Virus record (IMG/VR): IMGVR_UViG_3300025696_000014
Location: 1-36,791 of that record
DNA from: a virus
Lineage: Duplodnaviria; Caudoviricetes
Direction: 5' to 3' (one strand)
DNA: 36,791 bases
Under the pieces are notes generated by a model. It was given only the letters and a program-made list of their open reading frames with translations, was not told the DNA's origin and ran no database searches. Shown piece by piece: positions 10,098 through 19,569 of the stretch. Position numbers and translations under genes: made by a program. Numbering within the stretch: the stretch's first letter is position 1; each line of letters begins with the position of its first letter.

Positions 10098-10942
10098 TAA
10101 GATGTCCTAAGAACAGCCCTAGAAACTATTAAATTATCTGTGCTTGTATCGTTAGCTACAAACACTTCAAAGTAATCATTTTGAGCCGCAGTCTCTATCC
10201 AACTAACAGAAATATTTTTTTCCATTGTGTTATCTGTTTCCGCATTTATTCTTGAGGCAGCTATTATTGTGCCGTTCTTTGCTAAGTAAACAGATACGTT
10301 TTGAGCTGAAGCTGAGGCTGTCTTTATAGACAAACTTGCGTCTAACACTAACTCTTGGTTAGCGGAGCCTGTATAAGTTATTCTTCCTGACGTTGTAGCT
10401 GATCCTACACCACTCTTTTGAACAACCCATGTTCCCGCTACAATTACGGCTGTTCCAGCTACTGATATAGTAGTAGCCGTTGAGTTAGCCTGTAAGCTTA
10501 CAAGCCCATCTAATATAGTGTTTGCTGTTTCTGATATTGTAAGGTAGTTGTTTGTTCTTGCTATAGAAATTCCAGCTCCTGCAACCAAAGAAACTATGTC
10601 TGGAGTATCATCCGTTATGTTTCGCAGTATAGGTTCGCCAGTGCTATCGGCTGTAAAGTTTTGCTGAAGCTTTACGCCGCCATTAGCTGAAACGCTAGAT
10701 ATAACACCCGGACCATTCTCTAAGTTCCTGATTTTATTGATAGTTCCGTCTACATTTAATACAGCAGTTCCAGATGCATCTCCTTCTGTAACTATCGTTC
10801 CAGTAACTCCAAGTCCACCAAGAAAGTCAGTGTATAAAATTTTATAGTTTGTTCCGTTAACAAAATAGTCAATGTATGCGCCAGCATCTACGGATGTCTT
10901 TGCAACAAAGCCTGATTTTTTTCTACCTTGCGATCTATCCAT
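10097..10942 (-). CDS. Putative virion structural protein
   Basis: 281 aa, Thr/Ser/Gly and beta-strand rich; C-terminal jelly-roll-like pattern (KNGTIIAAS...NDYFEVFVAN); lies between the gp4- and gp10-like genes. Confidence 0.55.
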   Translation of the reverse strand: MDRSQGRKKSGFVAKTSVDAGAYIDYFVNGTNYKILYTDFLGGLGVTGTIVTEGDASGTAVLNVDGTINKIRNLENGPGVISSVSANGGVKLQQNFTADSTGEPILRNITDDTPDIVSLVAGAGISIARTNNYLTISETANTILDGLVSLQANSTATTISVAGTAVIVAGTWVVQKSGVGSATTSGRITYTGSANQELVLDASLSIKTASASAQNVSVYLAKNGTIIAASRINAETDNTMEKNISVSWIETAAQNDYFEVFVANDTSTDNLIVSRAVLRTS

Positions 10943-11417
10943 TTGTGTTTTGCTCCAAAGCTATCGCGCCAGTTGTTTCTGCCAGAATATCCGCTTCTGA
11001 GTCTGGGTAGAAATGTCCAGAGATGCCTGACATATCACCTTCATTGCCTGAGCCTAACGGTAAAGTGCTAGGCATTTTGGTTTCTCCTATACTTTGTCCT
11101 AAAAGGCGCATTGTATTCATGCCTTCTTTTGCAGCTTTTACAAGACCCGGAGAAACTATACCGTTATAGTCTGGAGATACCTCTATAGCTAAGTTAGCAA
11201 TAACGCCTCTTAGAGCGCCTGTTGGAATGGTAACTTCATCGCCTAAACCGGAAACAGTAGTAAAACCTAGCTTAACGCCTTGAGCATCAAGTTCTCCCAT
11301 GTAATTGTTCATGGCAAAAATGAAGTCAGCATATTCATCAGGTTGCAAAGGAGCTTCACTAGCCTGTACTAATATTCGTTGTAATGATGCCTTAGCAACT
11401 TGCGCTACAGTAGCCAT
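10935..11417 (-). CDS. Head-tail adaptor (P22 gp4-like)
   Basis: 160 aa; ANLAIEVSPDY and MPSTLPLGSGN match the gp4 family pattern; follows the coat gene. Confidence 0.85.
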   Translation of the reverse strand: MATVAQVAKASLQRILVQASEAPLQPDEYADFIFAMNNYMGELDAQGVKLGFTTVSGLGDEVTIPTGALRGVIANLAIEVSPDYNGIVSPGLVKAAKEGMNTMRLLGQSIGETKMPSTLPLGSGNEGDMSGISGHFYPDSEADILAETTGAIALEQNTNG

Positions 11418-11545
11418 TATTCGTATGTTGCTCCAGAGTTCACCTTTTTACTTTTCTTTTTTTTAGGCATTTTTTTCATTTCTTGAGCAGCCGCAGCTCT
11501 ACCAGCGGGAGTATAAGGAAACTTTTTTCCACCTACATTTGGCAT
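11417..11545 (-). CDS. Small Lys-rich protein, 42 aa (not in the ORF track)
   Basis: MPNVGGKKFPYTPAGRAAAAQEMKKMPKKKKSKKVNSGATYE*; AGGA RBS upstream; TAATG overlap with the gp4-like start. Confidence 0.8.
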   Translation of the reverse strand: MPNVGGKKFPYTPAGRAAAAQEMKKMPKKKKSKKVNSGATYE

Positions 11546-11573
11546 ATTAATATCCTATTTGAGTAGAGATTCT

Positions 11574-11589
11574 GGGAGCCGAAGCTCCC
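11574..11589 (-). terminator. cUUCGg hairpin after the coat gene (attenuator, processing or stability element)
   Basis: Minus strand GGGAGC-TTCG-GCTCCC, 20 nt after the coat stop; no U-tract follows, so probably not a strong intrinsic terminator. Confidence 0.5.
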
Positions 11590-11608
11590 GTCATCCCAAG
11601 GAGGAGCT

Positions 11609-12877
11609 TTATACTCCGAAGCCGTGACCAGCCATAAACGGATTGAATGTTGCATAAGCAGGCAACAAGTCAAAACGAATCTTCTGGGTGTTGGCATCAC
11701 CGTCAGCATACTTACTAACTCTGATAGACATACCATCAGATGTAGTAGCAATAGTGTCGGTTGAGTAAAGCTTAGGCAACTTAACAGTACCCATACCAAA
11801 AGCTTGCTTCATGTAGAACAAGTTTGGCTGATACATAGTTGCAGATGCGCTTAATACTGTAACAACAGCTCCGTTAGCAGGAGCAGCGTCAACAGTATTG
11901 TACTGACCAGCAGCCTCATAGATAGCAGGACCAGCAACAACTAGGTTACCAGCACCAGCACCACTAAGAGTAACGTCAGCAGTAACAACGCCTGTCCAAT
12001 CTACCGCAACACCACTTTCGTTGATCATTGCAGTTTTGCTATCAAGGTTTAAACGCTTAACGTCAGCAATCTTAACCATGTCTCCAGCCTTAACAACCAT
12101 ATTGGCTTGTAGGCCAGTTACAGCTAAGGTTTGAGTCATAGTATCTTTTGCTGTGACATAGGTTGCATCAGGAGCAGCACTTAAAGTACCAGCTCTGTCA
12201 GCGCCTGTGCCAGAGGTAAAAGTGTTTAAGCTCTGAGAAGTTAACGCTCTAAGTCCACCAAAGTTGGCAGAGATTTGAGAGTTTTCCCAAGCTGTACGAA
12301 CCAAGCTATCAGAGGCACTTAGGCCATTCTGAACGCTTGCAAGCTTAGTAGCTGTGAAAGGATTCATAACATAGAACTTATCAGCAGATGCTGGTACGCC
12401 TACGCTATCTAACAAAGCTCCAGCACCCGCTATGTCTGTCCAAGCATCAGCAAAGACACCGTGACTACCATAACGTAGTGAAGCATTTCTCATCATGTAT
12501 CCACTGAGGTCTGTTTCCAGATCAGTAACAATACGTCTAGCAGCAGGAGCTAGGATTGCATCTAGCTGGTCTAGTTCAAGAGCTTCTTCAATGTTGCTCC
12601 AAGAAGTGGAAACAGTGAAGTAGTTCTGAACCGTACCAGTTGCCTTGCCTGCAATGATGTCAGACTTAGCTGCGCCAGATATGTCACCGCCTGCTGTACG
12701 AATTGAGTTGTAGTCGTGTGGACGTTTGAAGTCTACATTACTACCAGTGGAAGGGTTGAACTTGCCACTCAAGAGCTGAGTGTCAATAGTTTTTGTGACT
12801 ACACGGGAAGCTTCAAAAGCATCTAAAAATACTCTTGCCACTTTCCGAGTAATATTACTCGATAGATTATTAGCCAT
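11609..12877 (-). CDS. Major capsid protein (P22 coat family)
   Basis: 422 aa; MANNLSSNIT start, G.VKLPKL and RFDLLPAYATFNP C-terminal motifs; follows the scaffold gene; GAGG RBS. Confidence 0.92.
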   Translation of the reverse strand: MANNLSSNITRKVARVFLDAFEASRVVTKTIDTQLLSGKFNPSTGSNVDFKRPHDYNSIRTAGGDISGAAKSDIIAGKATGTVQNYFTVSTSWSNIEEALELDQLDAILAPAARRIVTDLETDLSGYMMRNASLRYGSHGVFADAWTDIAGAGALLDSVGVPASADKFYVMNPFTATKLASVQNGLSASDSLVRTAWENSQISANFGGLRALTSQSLNTFTSGTGADRAGTLSAAPDATYVTAKDTMTQTLAVTGLQANMVVKAGDMVKIADVKRLNLDSKTAMINESGVAVDWTGVVTADVTLSGAGAGNLVVAGPAIYEAAGQYNTVDAAPANGAVVTVLSASATMYQPNLFYMKQAFGMGTVKLPKLYSTDTIATTSDGMSIRVSKYADGDANTQKIRFDLLPAYATFNPFMAGHGFGV

Positions 12878-12890
12878 TGGGCCACCTCAT

Positions 12891-13706
12891 TCATTCAAAG
12901 GTTGCTCCTGCTGGGCCTCTAGCTTTAGGCGCTGAACCAGCACCCTGTGGCGTATCAACCGGAGGAGGAGCCGCACTTACTTTAGGTTTAAGTTTTGCAG
13001 CTTCAGACCGAATTTCATTCTCTATCCTAATCGCAGCCTGCATTGGGGTCATGTTGCGAATGTTGTCTAGTTCAACAGCATTCTTACTGAGGTACATTGT
13101 GATCGCTGGTCCCATGTCATCCCCTAAGATATGGTCAACAAGGTCTTGCGATACACCAAAGCCAGCTACAGTATTACCCGCAACTTGCAATTCCTCTGGC
13201 GTTATACCCAAAGCAGTAGCACGTTTAGAATAAGAGCTAATCTTCTCGTTCTGCGTAGCTACATTTAAATCGTACTGCTGCTTCTCAGCCAGCAACTGCT
13301 GTTGTTGTAACGACTGTTGCTGTGAATCATAAGCAGCTTGTCTTGCTATTGCCTCGTCACGTTCGCCAGCCTTTCTTCTAAACTCCTGATCGCTTAATTG
13401 ATAAGGATCAGGCGTTGGCGGTATAACAGGCCTCTGTTCTTTCGGAACACTATCTTCAAGAGCTTTGATTCTGGCATTTAGGCCTTGGATCTCCCTTTCC
13501 TTTTCAGAAATTTGGTAGACCTTCTTGCCTATAGCCTTATCAAAGGCATCTTGTTGAACCTCGTCAAAAACAGGTTTAGTAGATTTTTCCTGAGCTTCCT
13601 CAGTATCCGTGGATGATTCGGAGTCAGTTACCTGACCTTCAGCCTCTGTCTCTTCAAGCTCAAACGTAATGTCTGTAGCCTCATCAAGATCATCTTCTGG
13701 TAGCAT
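12891..13706 (-). CDS. Scaffolding protein
   Basis: 271 aa; acidic N-terminus, coiled coil, GPAITMYLSKN...AAIRIE and Pro-rich tail; directly upstream of coat. Confidence 0.85.
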   Translation of the reverse strand: MLPEDDLDEATDITFELEETEAEGQVTDSESSTDTEEAQEKSTKPVFDEVQQDAFDKAIGKKVYQISEKEREIQGLNARIKALEDSVPKEQRPVIPPTPDPYQLSDQEFRRKAGERDEAIARQAAYDSQQQSLQQQQLLAEKQQYDLNVATQNEKISSYSKRATALGITPEELQVAGNTVAGFGVSQDLVDHILGDDMGPAITMYLSKNAVELDNIRNMTPMQAAIRIENEIRSEAAKLKPKVSAAPPPVDTPQGAGSAPKARGPAGATFE

Positions 13707-13784
13707 CTTAACCTTCCGTAAATGCCGTCAAATATTCGGTGACGTTCCGCACCTCCAAAAAAGCGTGGAGTTCGCTGTACTTTA

Positions 13785-13813
13785 ACTATACCACATATTG
13801 TGGTTTTGCATAA
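13785..13813 (-). promoter_or_regulatory. Candidate extended -10 promoter for scaffold/coat, overlapped by a palindromic NrdR-box-like site (13788-13803)
   Basis: Minus strand ...AACCACAATATGTGG-TATAGT (TGn-TATAGT) in the 115-bp gap upstream of scaffold. Confidence 0.5.
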
Positions 13814-13821
13814 TTATTTAA

Positions 13822-15549
13822 CTAATTTCTTCTTTGCTCAATTCCTCTCAAAACATCCTCTGTTATTACTCCTGTTAGCGGAGAACCTTCTAAAGACCTT
13901 AACCCGCCCTGCTTACCTGTAGCTCTGGGAGGCCTTAATATTTGATCTAACCTTAATCCACCTAGTTGTGCAGCTTGCGGGTTTAGTTCATATACAGAAA
14001 TAGGTAAATTTATTCTACCAAGACCTTCTCCATACATCCCCGCATTGTATACAGGATGAGGATTTCCAGTTAATGGATTTCTAAACCCATCCATTGCACC
14101 TACATTTCTTAAAGTACCAGCTCTAATAATTCTCTGGTCCTCATCAATCATAGCTAACCTTGCTTGACCAGCAGTTAAACCTCCTTTGTTTCTGTATTTT
14201 TGATCAAGTAAATTTATTATTTTTTTTCTGTATTCTCCCGAAGTTCTATTTAAATTACTTATTGAATCTTTATTTTCTAAACCAAGCCAATCTGGATATA
14301 TTTCTTTTATATCTTTGTTTAAAGATTTTAGTGTGCTTTTGTCCATGTTATTTTTTGCATAACCTAACATGGTTTCTGCAACTTGCGAAAAGTCTACTCC
14401 AGTAGGTGTCATGCTATGAGGTATCAACAAAGGACTTTTGCCTGTCCTCTTATATAATTCTTGAGCAGTTCCCATAAATGTTGATGGGGCTGGGTTTTCT
14501 TGCATACCTCTTATTACTTTATAATCAGATGCCCATAGAAGCTCTCCAGACTCTGGATCAAACATAAAGTCTTGACCACCTCTTCTAGAAACATCTACAG
14601 GAACACCATTTATTGTTTTAATTACATCTCCAGCGCCAGAAGTATCAGCAATAGGAGACATGAACCCATAACCTTCATAGTCTTCTAAATTTAAAGATGG
14701 TATTTCTTTAAGTCTTTGATCTCCGTACTCAATATTTGTGTCCAGATTTCTTTGTATTTCTTTTGATCTTGGTTGCGCCCCAGCTCCTGTTTTAAATATT
14801 CTTGGGTCTAAATTTTGTTCTGTATAAGCATCTATTGTAGATTGAGTAAAAGTAGTTGGAAACTCATCTGCTATACCTATATCTCTCAACGCACTAGCGC
14901 CAGCTATCCTATTACCTGTCTTGCCGCCGCCAGAAGATAGTCTGACCCCAGAACCTAGAACCGCTTGTCCTGTTGCGGGGTTGCCGCCAAACATTACTGA
15001 CGTAGGATCAAAGCTAACTATTCTTTGTTGTTCAGGATCGTAGTATTGTCCACCGGATGCCGCAGCTTTTACTTGCTCTGTTGCGTATTGACCAAGGCCT
15101 TCTGCCATATTTAAAGCTGACTTTGCTACGGCTGCTTGTTCTCCAGCGTCACCAAACAAAAGATCACCTACAGCGTTAAGAGCTGACTTAGTTCCTCTTA
15201 CTAAAGGCATATACTCCATACCAAACTCTGACTCTCCGTACTGAGCTGGTATCGTCTTAACTTCTTGCTGCATATTTCCTCTGGGACCAAAAGAAATATT
15301 TCCTGTAGGAATGGTTTGTTCTGGGCTTATGACTTCTCTACGAAAGGGCATAAACATATCTGTTAAGCCTCTATCTCCACCGTAGTCATAACCAAACTCA
15401 GGCTTCTCAGGAGGATTAATGCCTCTACGTTCTAACTCTTGTATTGCTTTTTGTTGCTCTTCTCCAACAGACAACGGGTTCTGTTCTGTATAACCAGAAA
15501 GTTCATCTAAGTCTCTTAATGCACTGACAGGTTCAGCCACCGTTAGCAA
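13822..15549 (-). CDS. Hypothetical protein between portal and scaffold (start may be GTG at 15540)
   Basis: Open frame of 575 aa overlapping the portal stop; no family recognised with confidence. Confidence 0.75.
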   Translation of the reverse strand: MLTVAEPVSALRDLDELSGYTEQNPLSVGEEQQKAIQELERRGINPPEKPEFGYDYGGDRGLTDMFMPFRREVISPEQTIPTGNISFGPRGNMQQEVKTIPAQYGESEFGMEYMPLVRGTKSALNAVGDLLFGDAGEQAAVAKSALNMAEGLGQYATEQVKAAASGGQYYDPEQQRIVSFDPTSVMFGGNPATGQAVLGSGVRLSSGGGKTGNRIAGASALRDIGIADEFPTTFTQSTIDAYTEQNLDPRIFKTGAGAQPRSKEIQRNLDTNIEYGDQRLKEIPSLNLEDYEGYGFMSPIADTSGAGDVIKTINGVPVDVSRRGGQDFMFDPESGELLWASDYKVIRGMQENPAPSTFMGTAQELYKRTGKSPLLIPHSMTPTGVDFSQVAETMLGYAKNNMDKSTLKSLNKDIKEIYPDWLGLENKDSISNLNRTSGEYRKKIINLLDQKYRNKGGLTAGQARLAMIDEDQRIIRAGTLRNVGAMDGFRNPLTGNPHPVYNAGMYGEGLGRINLPISVYELNPQAAQLGGLRLDQILRPPRATGKQGGLRSLEGSPLTGVITEDVLRGIEQRRN

Positions 15550-17704
15550 TCCTCATAAGGTCTGGTGTACTCATACTTCTCATTCTGCTTTCGTTTTGCA
15601 TCTCTTGTATTTTTCTTTGGTTGTCTATCTCTTCACCAAAGGTCTTAACATCAGTGTTATCTATAGCTGCTCCTGCTTTCTCTGCATCTACTTCTACTTT
15701 GAGCCTGCTAGTCTGAGCATTAAAAATATCTACCTGACTCTTTGCCTGCTCAACTACAGAAGTGTTTTGCATCTTCTGAGCCTCAAGCTGTATCCGCATA
15801 GTTTCATTCTGGACTTTCTGTCCTTCTATCTGCGCTCTTAATTGCTCTGCCTGAGCCTTACCCATTTCTGCCTCTGCTATTAACATGGCAGGATCAGGTG
15901 CTGGAGGTTGTTGTTGAGCCTGAGCCATAGCCGCTAACTCATCTTGGGTCATTTGCGACTGAGGTATCATTCCCTGAGAAAGCATTTGCTCTCTCTTTCT
16001 GTCAGAGATTTGTTGAGCTGACGCAGTAGAAACATTATCCAATAAGACATCACCAGCAATCTGCAAGATAGTAGGATCAATCTTTGCTATCTCAATAATA
16101 GTGTCTATTGTCTCTTTCTGTCTGTTCTTAAAGCTTGCTCCAGCTCTTACGCTTACATCGTAAAGGCCTATAGATAGATCATTAAGTGTAACAACCTCTC
16201 CAGTTTGCTGGTCAATTTGTTGCGTGTTGATCGGGGCTACATCATAGGTTTGATCTTCTTTGAGAATCCTAACCGTTCTTGCTGTGTTGTATACCTTTGG
16301 AATAGCCTCTACCAATATACGGCCAGTTGCTCTTATGCCTGTTTCTAAGGCACTGAAATACTTGAGTGTAGAATTGTCTCCCTTGTTTTGTAATTGCTCA
16401 ATTGCTACACCACTTTGCAAGCCGGGATTGTCTCCCATGTTTGCAGAGTACATTCCAGAAGCGTAAGTAATCATGCCCCTCATAGACTCAGAGATTGTTC
16501 TTAGCCCCGGATTAACTATTGCCCCGCCTACTTGCTGAGGTATGCCCGGAGCATCTGGATCAGGATTGTAGAACTGCACAGGCTCAGAGTTAGTGTTAAG
16601 AGTTGACAGACTATCTTCGTGACCAGAGGCCTGAGCTGGGGTCATCATAAACTTAGCTCTAGGCGCTAAGGCTCCTTCTTCAATCTCTCTGCTCATTGAG
16701 TAGTTCAATACTCTTTGAGGATCAAGAAGTTTTTCTACTACACCCCAATAGATAGACTTGTTCTCTGTAATTCTGTAGTTGGCATAGATAGGAACAACAG
16801 GCATTCTGCTAAAAACTGTTTCTGATTTATCATCTAACCAATCTTTTGCGTCAAAGAATCTGCTGCAAATTGTTTTCTTAACTCGCTTTCTTCTTTGTAT
16901 CTCATTAATTCCCATTGCTTTGAATTCATCTTTCAACTTCTTTAGATCATTGTCAGCTTCATGCACAGAGCCATTATCAAACATAACTAACTCTCTATTG
17001 GATTCTTCACAATAGATAAACTCACCAATAACAATAACCTCAGCCTTGTCATAGTAAGCATCACCATCTCTGCCTTCCGATACGCTTTCTTCTGATCCAT
17101 CAGGCCATCTGCGTTGGTACTCTTCTTTGCTTACAGCGTGTAACACAAAGCAATAACGACTATCAGACTTGTCTTGTTTTTCTGCTGCTGGGTCAAAGAA
17201 GACTCTATCAACAGCGTTGCCTATCTTTTCAATGACTAAGTCTTGCTCAAAAGAATCATCATCAATGTATTTCTGTGAAACTCTCCAAGCATCAAAGCCG
17301 CCTACTACCATTCCTCTAGCTGACTCTGAATAAACATCTGAAGCGTCACTCATAGTTTCTATGTTGCGTATGATTCCATCGTAGGTGTTTGCAATGGGCT
17401 GAGTAGCATTACCGCCAGCAGGCGCAATCTTTACATCAAACTCTGCCTGCGTTATCTCTGAACAGATTTGATCCACAATAGGGTTAACAAGATCAAACGT
17501 ATAGCGTGGCTTTTTCTGATTCTTTGCTTGGCTTAACCACTTAGCTTCCCACTGTCCATCTCTCTTGTCTAAGAACAGAGCGCATTCCCTAGCCTGATCT
17601 CTCATATCTTGGTCAGCGCTTTGAGACTTAGTCAAAAGGTCTTGGACGTAATCGTGTTCTTTGTATTTCTTTGAGGAGTAAGGTTTATCGTCTTTGTATT
17701 TCAT
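15533..17704 (-). CDS. Portal protein (P22-like)
   Basis: 723 aa; GQW...PRYTFDLVNP, VFFDPAA...SDSRYCF, SGVAIEQLQ motifs and a long C-terminal helical region; follows TerL. Confidence 0.93.
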   Translation of the reverse strand: MKYKDDKPYSSKKYKEHDYVQDLLTKSQSADQDMRDQARECALFLDKRDGQWEAKWLSQAKNQKKPRYTFDLVNPIVDQICSEITQAEFDVKIAPAGGNATQPIANTYDGIIRNIETMSDASDVYSESARGMVVGGFDAWRVSQKYIDDDSFEQDLVIEKIGNAVDRVFFDPAAEKQDKSDSRYCFVLHAVSKEEYQRRWPDGSEESVSEGRDGDAYYDKAEVIVIGEFIYCEESNRELVMFDNGSVHEADNDLKKLKDEFKAMGINEIQRRKRVKKTICSRFFDAKDWLDDKSETVFSRMPVVPIYANYRITENKSIYWGVVEKLLDPQRVLNYSMSREIEEGALAPRAKFMMTPAQASGHEDSLSTLNTNSEPVQFYNPDPDAPGIPQQVGGAIVNPGLRTISESMRGMITYASGMYSANMGDNPGLQSGVAIEQLQNKGDNSTLKYFSALETGIRATGRILVEAIPKVYNTARTVRILKEDQTYDVAPINTQQIDQQTGEVVTLNDLSIGLYDVSVRAGASFKNRQKETIDTIIEIAKIDPTILQIAGDVLLDNVSTASAQQISDRKREQMLSQGMIPQSQMTQDELAAMAQAQQQPPAPDPAMLIAEAEMGKAQAEQLRAQIEGQKVQNETMRIQLEAQKMQNTSVVEQAKSQVDIFNAQTSRLKVEVDAEKAGAAIDNTDVKTFGEEIDNQRKIQEMQNESRMRSMSTPDLMRIANGG

Positions 17705-19140
17705 TAGTCATTCCATCCTGCAAAATTTATTTTAGTAGGAGCCGCTAATGTCTTTGGCCTGTAGCAAGCCATCATCAGAGCATCACCCATGTTTGGAGAT
17801 GGAAGCTGATAAGGCTTTCTAGCCATCTCTACCTTAGACATAATTTGTATCTTCCCAGTGTTGCTACGCTTCAAAGGAATACGACAAACCTCAGACCTAA
17901 TCTGATCTAGGTTAGATATACTTGAGGATAAGCTAATTTGCTCCTCCGGGTCTACATATTCTCCACGCTCAACTGCACGATAAGTGTTGTAGAATCTGTC
18001 CCGCAGCCGCCACCAATATTGCGCTCTCTTGTTAAAAAAGGTTTCTCTATTTGTTTTGTTCTTTGTCTTCCCGCCTTCAGTATAAGGATGTTCTGGCTCT
18101 TCTACTCCCTCTGAACCCTTGAACATAAAGTAGTCTATGCCATTCTTGTTAGCTAAAGCATTGTCTACTTGCCGTTTAAGACTAACACCTAAGCCATCGC
18201 AATCCCAAACAAACCAGTCAGCTTGGTTCTCTAGCGCCTTATCTAGCGCCCAATCCATTCCATCTGCTGCCTCTCCGGTTACCATTTCACTTATATCTAG
18301 GATTTGGTTTCCTCTCCTCACACAGAATCCCTTTGAGTCACCGCCTGTGTCTGAAGGGTCGTGGCTGGCTATTATTGCGCCTTCTCCTTTCCATCCTAGT
18401 TTGGTATGGGAATCAATAGCTGCATCAAACCACTCTACACTTATCAGGCTGTCTTGGACCTCATCATAGAACTCTCCCTCCCAGATATGTTTATACAGGG
18501 CTGCTGACATACTCTTCTTATCATGCTGCCTCTCATCTTCTAGGACTGAAGGGAACTTAGGGTTCTTGTCGTAGTTAACCCAATAGATACAATGCAGATC
18601 ATCAGAGTAATGCTTGCTTCTCCTTAGCTCTTTCTCAAACGGAGTAAAGAACCTTTGGCTGAATGCATCATTCTTGCTGCGTGGGTTTGCACTGATTAGT
18701 ATCTGACTCCCTTCTTTTCTCAGCGTAGGAGTTAATGCCTTGAGACTTTCAAAGCTAAGGCTCTGTCCCTCCTCCACCCAGAATAGATCAAAATCATGGT
18801 ACGACTTTACATTCTCTGGTGATCTGGCTAGGCCTCTAAACACAAAAGCAGTATCACCATTCTTGCGGAAGTTTATCTGGTTGCTTTGGATTTCAAATAC
18901 ATCTTGTAGCCCTTGTCTCTCTATCTCTGAGCAAAGCAAAGAGTACACACTGTCTTGCATACTGCTCTGGAACTCTCTAAAGCAGGCTGTCTTCTTGCCT
19001 TGCATTGCTTTAGCTAAGAGTATGTTCGCTATGCCTACGCTTTTGCCTGAGCCTCTACCGCCAAAGAGAATAAGAAACCTTGCTTTAGACTGAGCAAGTT
19101 TGCCTAGCTCTTTGTTGATGACTGTAAGGTTATAGTTCAT
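17704..19140 (-). CDS. terL: Terminase large subunit (PBSX/Sf6-type)
   Basis: Walker A GGRGSGKS, Walker B WVEEGQ, coupling motif ANP, nuclease motifs HDPSD and SPNMGDALMM. Confidence 0.96.
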   Translation of the reverse strand: MNYNLTVINKELGKLAQSKARFLILFGGRGSGKSVGIANILLAKAMQGKKTACFREFQSSMQDSVYSLLCSEIERQGLQDVFEIQSNQINFRKNGDTAFVFRGLARSPENVKSYHDFDLFWVEEGQSLSFESLKALTPTLRKEGSQILISANPRSKNDAFSQRFFTPFEKELRRSKHYSDDLHCIYWVNYDKNPKFPSVLEDERQHDKKSMSAALYKHIWEGEFYDEVQDSLISVEWFDAAIDSHTKLGWKGEGAIIASHDPSDTGGDSKGFCVRRGNQILDISEMVTGEAADGMDWALDKALENQADWFVWDCDGLGVSLKRQVDNALANKNGIDYFMFKGSEGVEEPEHPYTEGGKTKNKTNRETFFNKRAQYWWRLRDRFYNTYRAVERGEYVDPEEQISLSSSISNLDQIRSEVCRIPLKRSNTGKIQIMSKVEMARKPYQLPSPNMGDALMMACYRPKTLAAPTKINFAGWND

Positions 19141-19403
19141 TAGTAAGGACGCTTTCGGTACAAATCTCTAGGGACAGACATTCGTAAATGTTTTTGGTGC
19201 ATCCATGCGTCTTTATCTGGGTTTTCCCAATTTGCTACCACTCTGTTATACGCACTATTCAACAAGACATTGGCTTTTAGTCTATCGTTTCCAATTAATT
19301 TCTTTTGGCTTTTAATTTTCTTTGACAGCTTTTTACCTTTGAAACCAATTAAATTGTTAAGCCTCAAAGCAATAAGATTGCAGCTTTCTAATCTGTTAGG
19401 CAT
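19140..19403 (-). CDS. Small basic hypothetical protein (87 aa, MPNRLESC...)
   Basis: Same frame as track ORF 19140..19460; ATG at 19403 overlaps the end of the upstream small gene, and its stop overlaps the terL ATG. Confidence 0.6.
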   Translation of the reverse strand: MPNRLESCNLIALRLNNLIGFKGKKLSKKIKSQKKLIGNDRLKANVLLNSAYNRVVANWENPDKDAWMHQKHLRMSVPRDLYRKRPY

Positions 19404-19560
19404 AAGTAGCGCCTTTCGGACCAGCCTTCTTTTTCTTTCTCTTCTCTTGAGCTTTTGCATAGGCGACTGCTATGGCTTGGTTGCGTGGCTTTCCAGCGTT
19501 GATCTCTGTACGGATGTTCTTGCTTATGGTTTTCTTGCTGCTACCTTTCTTGAGTGGCAT
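19396..19560 (-). CDS. Small Lys-rich protein, 54 aa (not in the ORF track)
   Basis: [54 protein letters not shown]; GGAGG RBS; the MPLKKG.S...IS.NI..E...G.P..QA.A.A pattern is a recurrent small phage protein. Confidence 0.85.
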   Translation of the reverse strand: MPLKKGSSKKTISKNIRTEINAGKPRNQAIAVAYAKAQEKRKKKKAGPKGATYA

Positions 19561-19569
19561 AAATCCTCC

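Noticed and set aside
11533-11799. Minus-strand ORF overlapping the coat 3' end (possible frameshift extension)
   Set aside because: No convincing slippery site seen, the peptide is not protein-like, and it runs through the UUCG hairpin.
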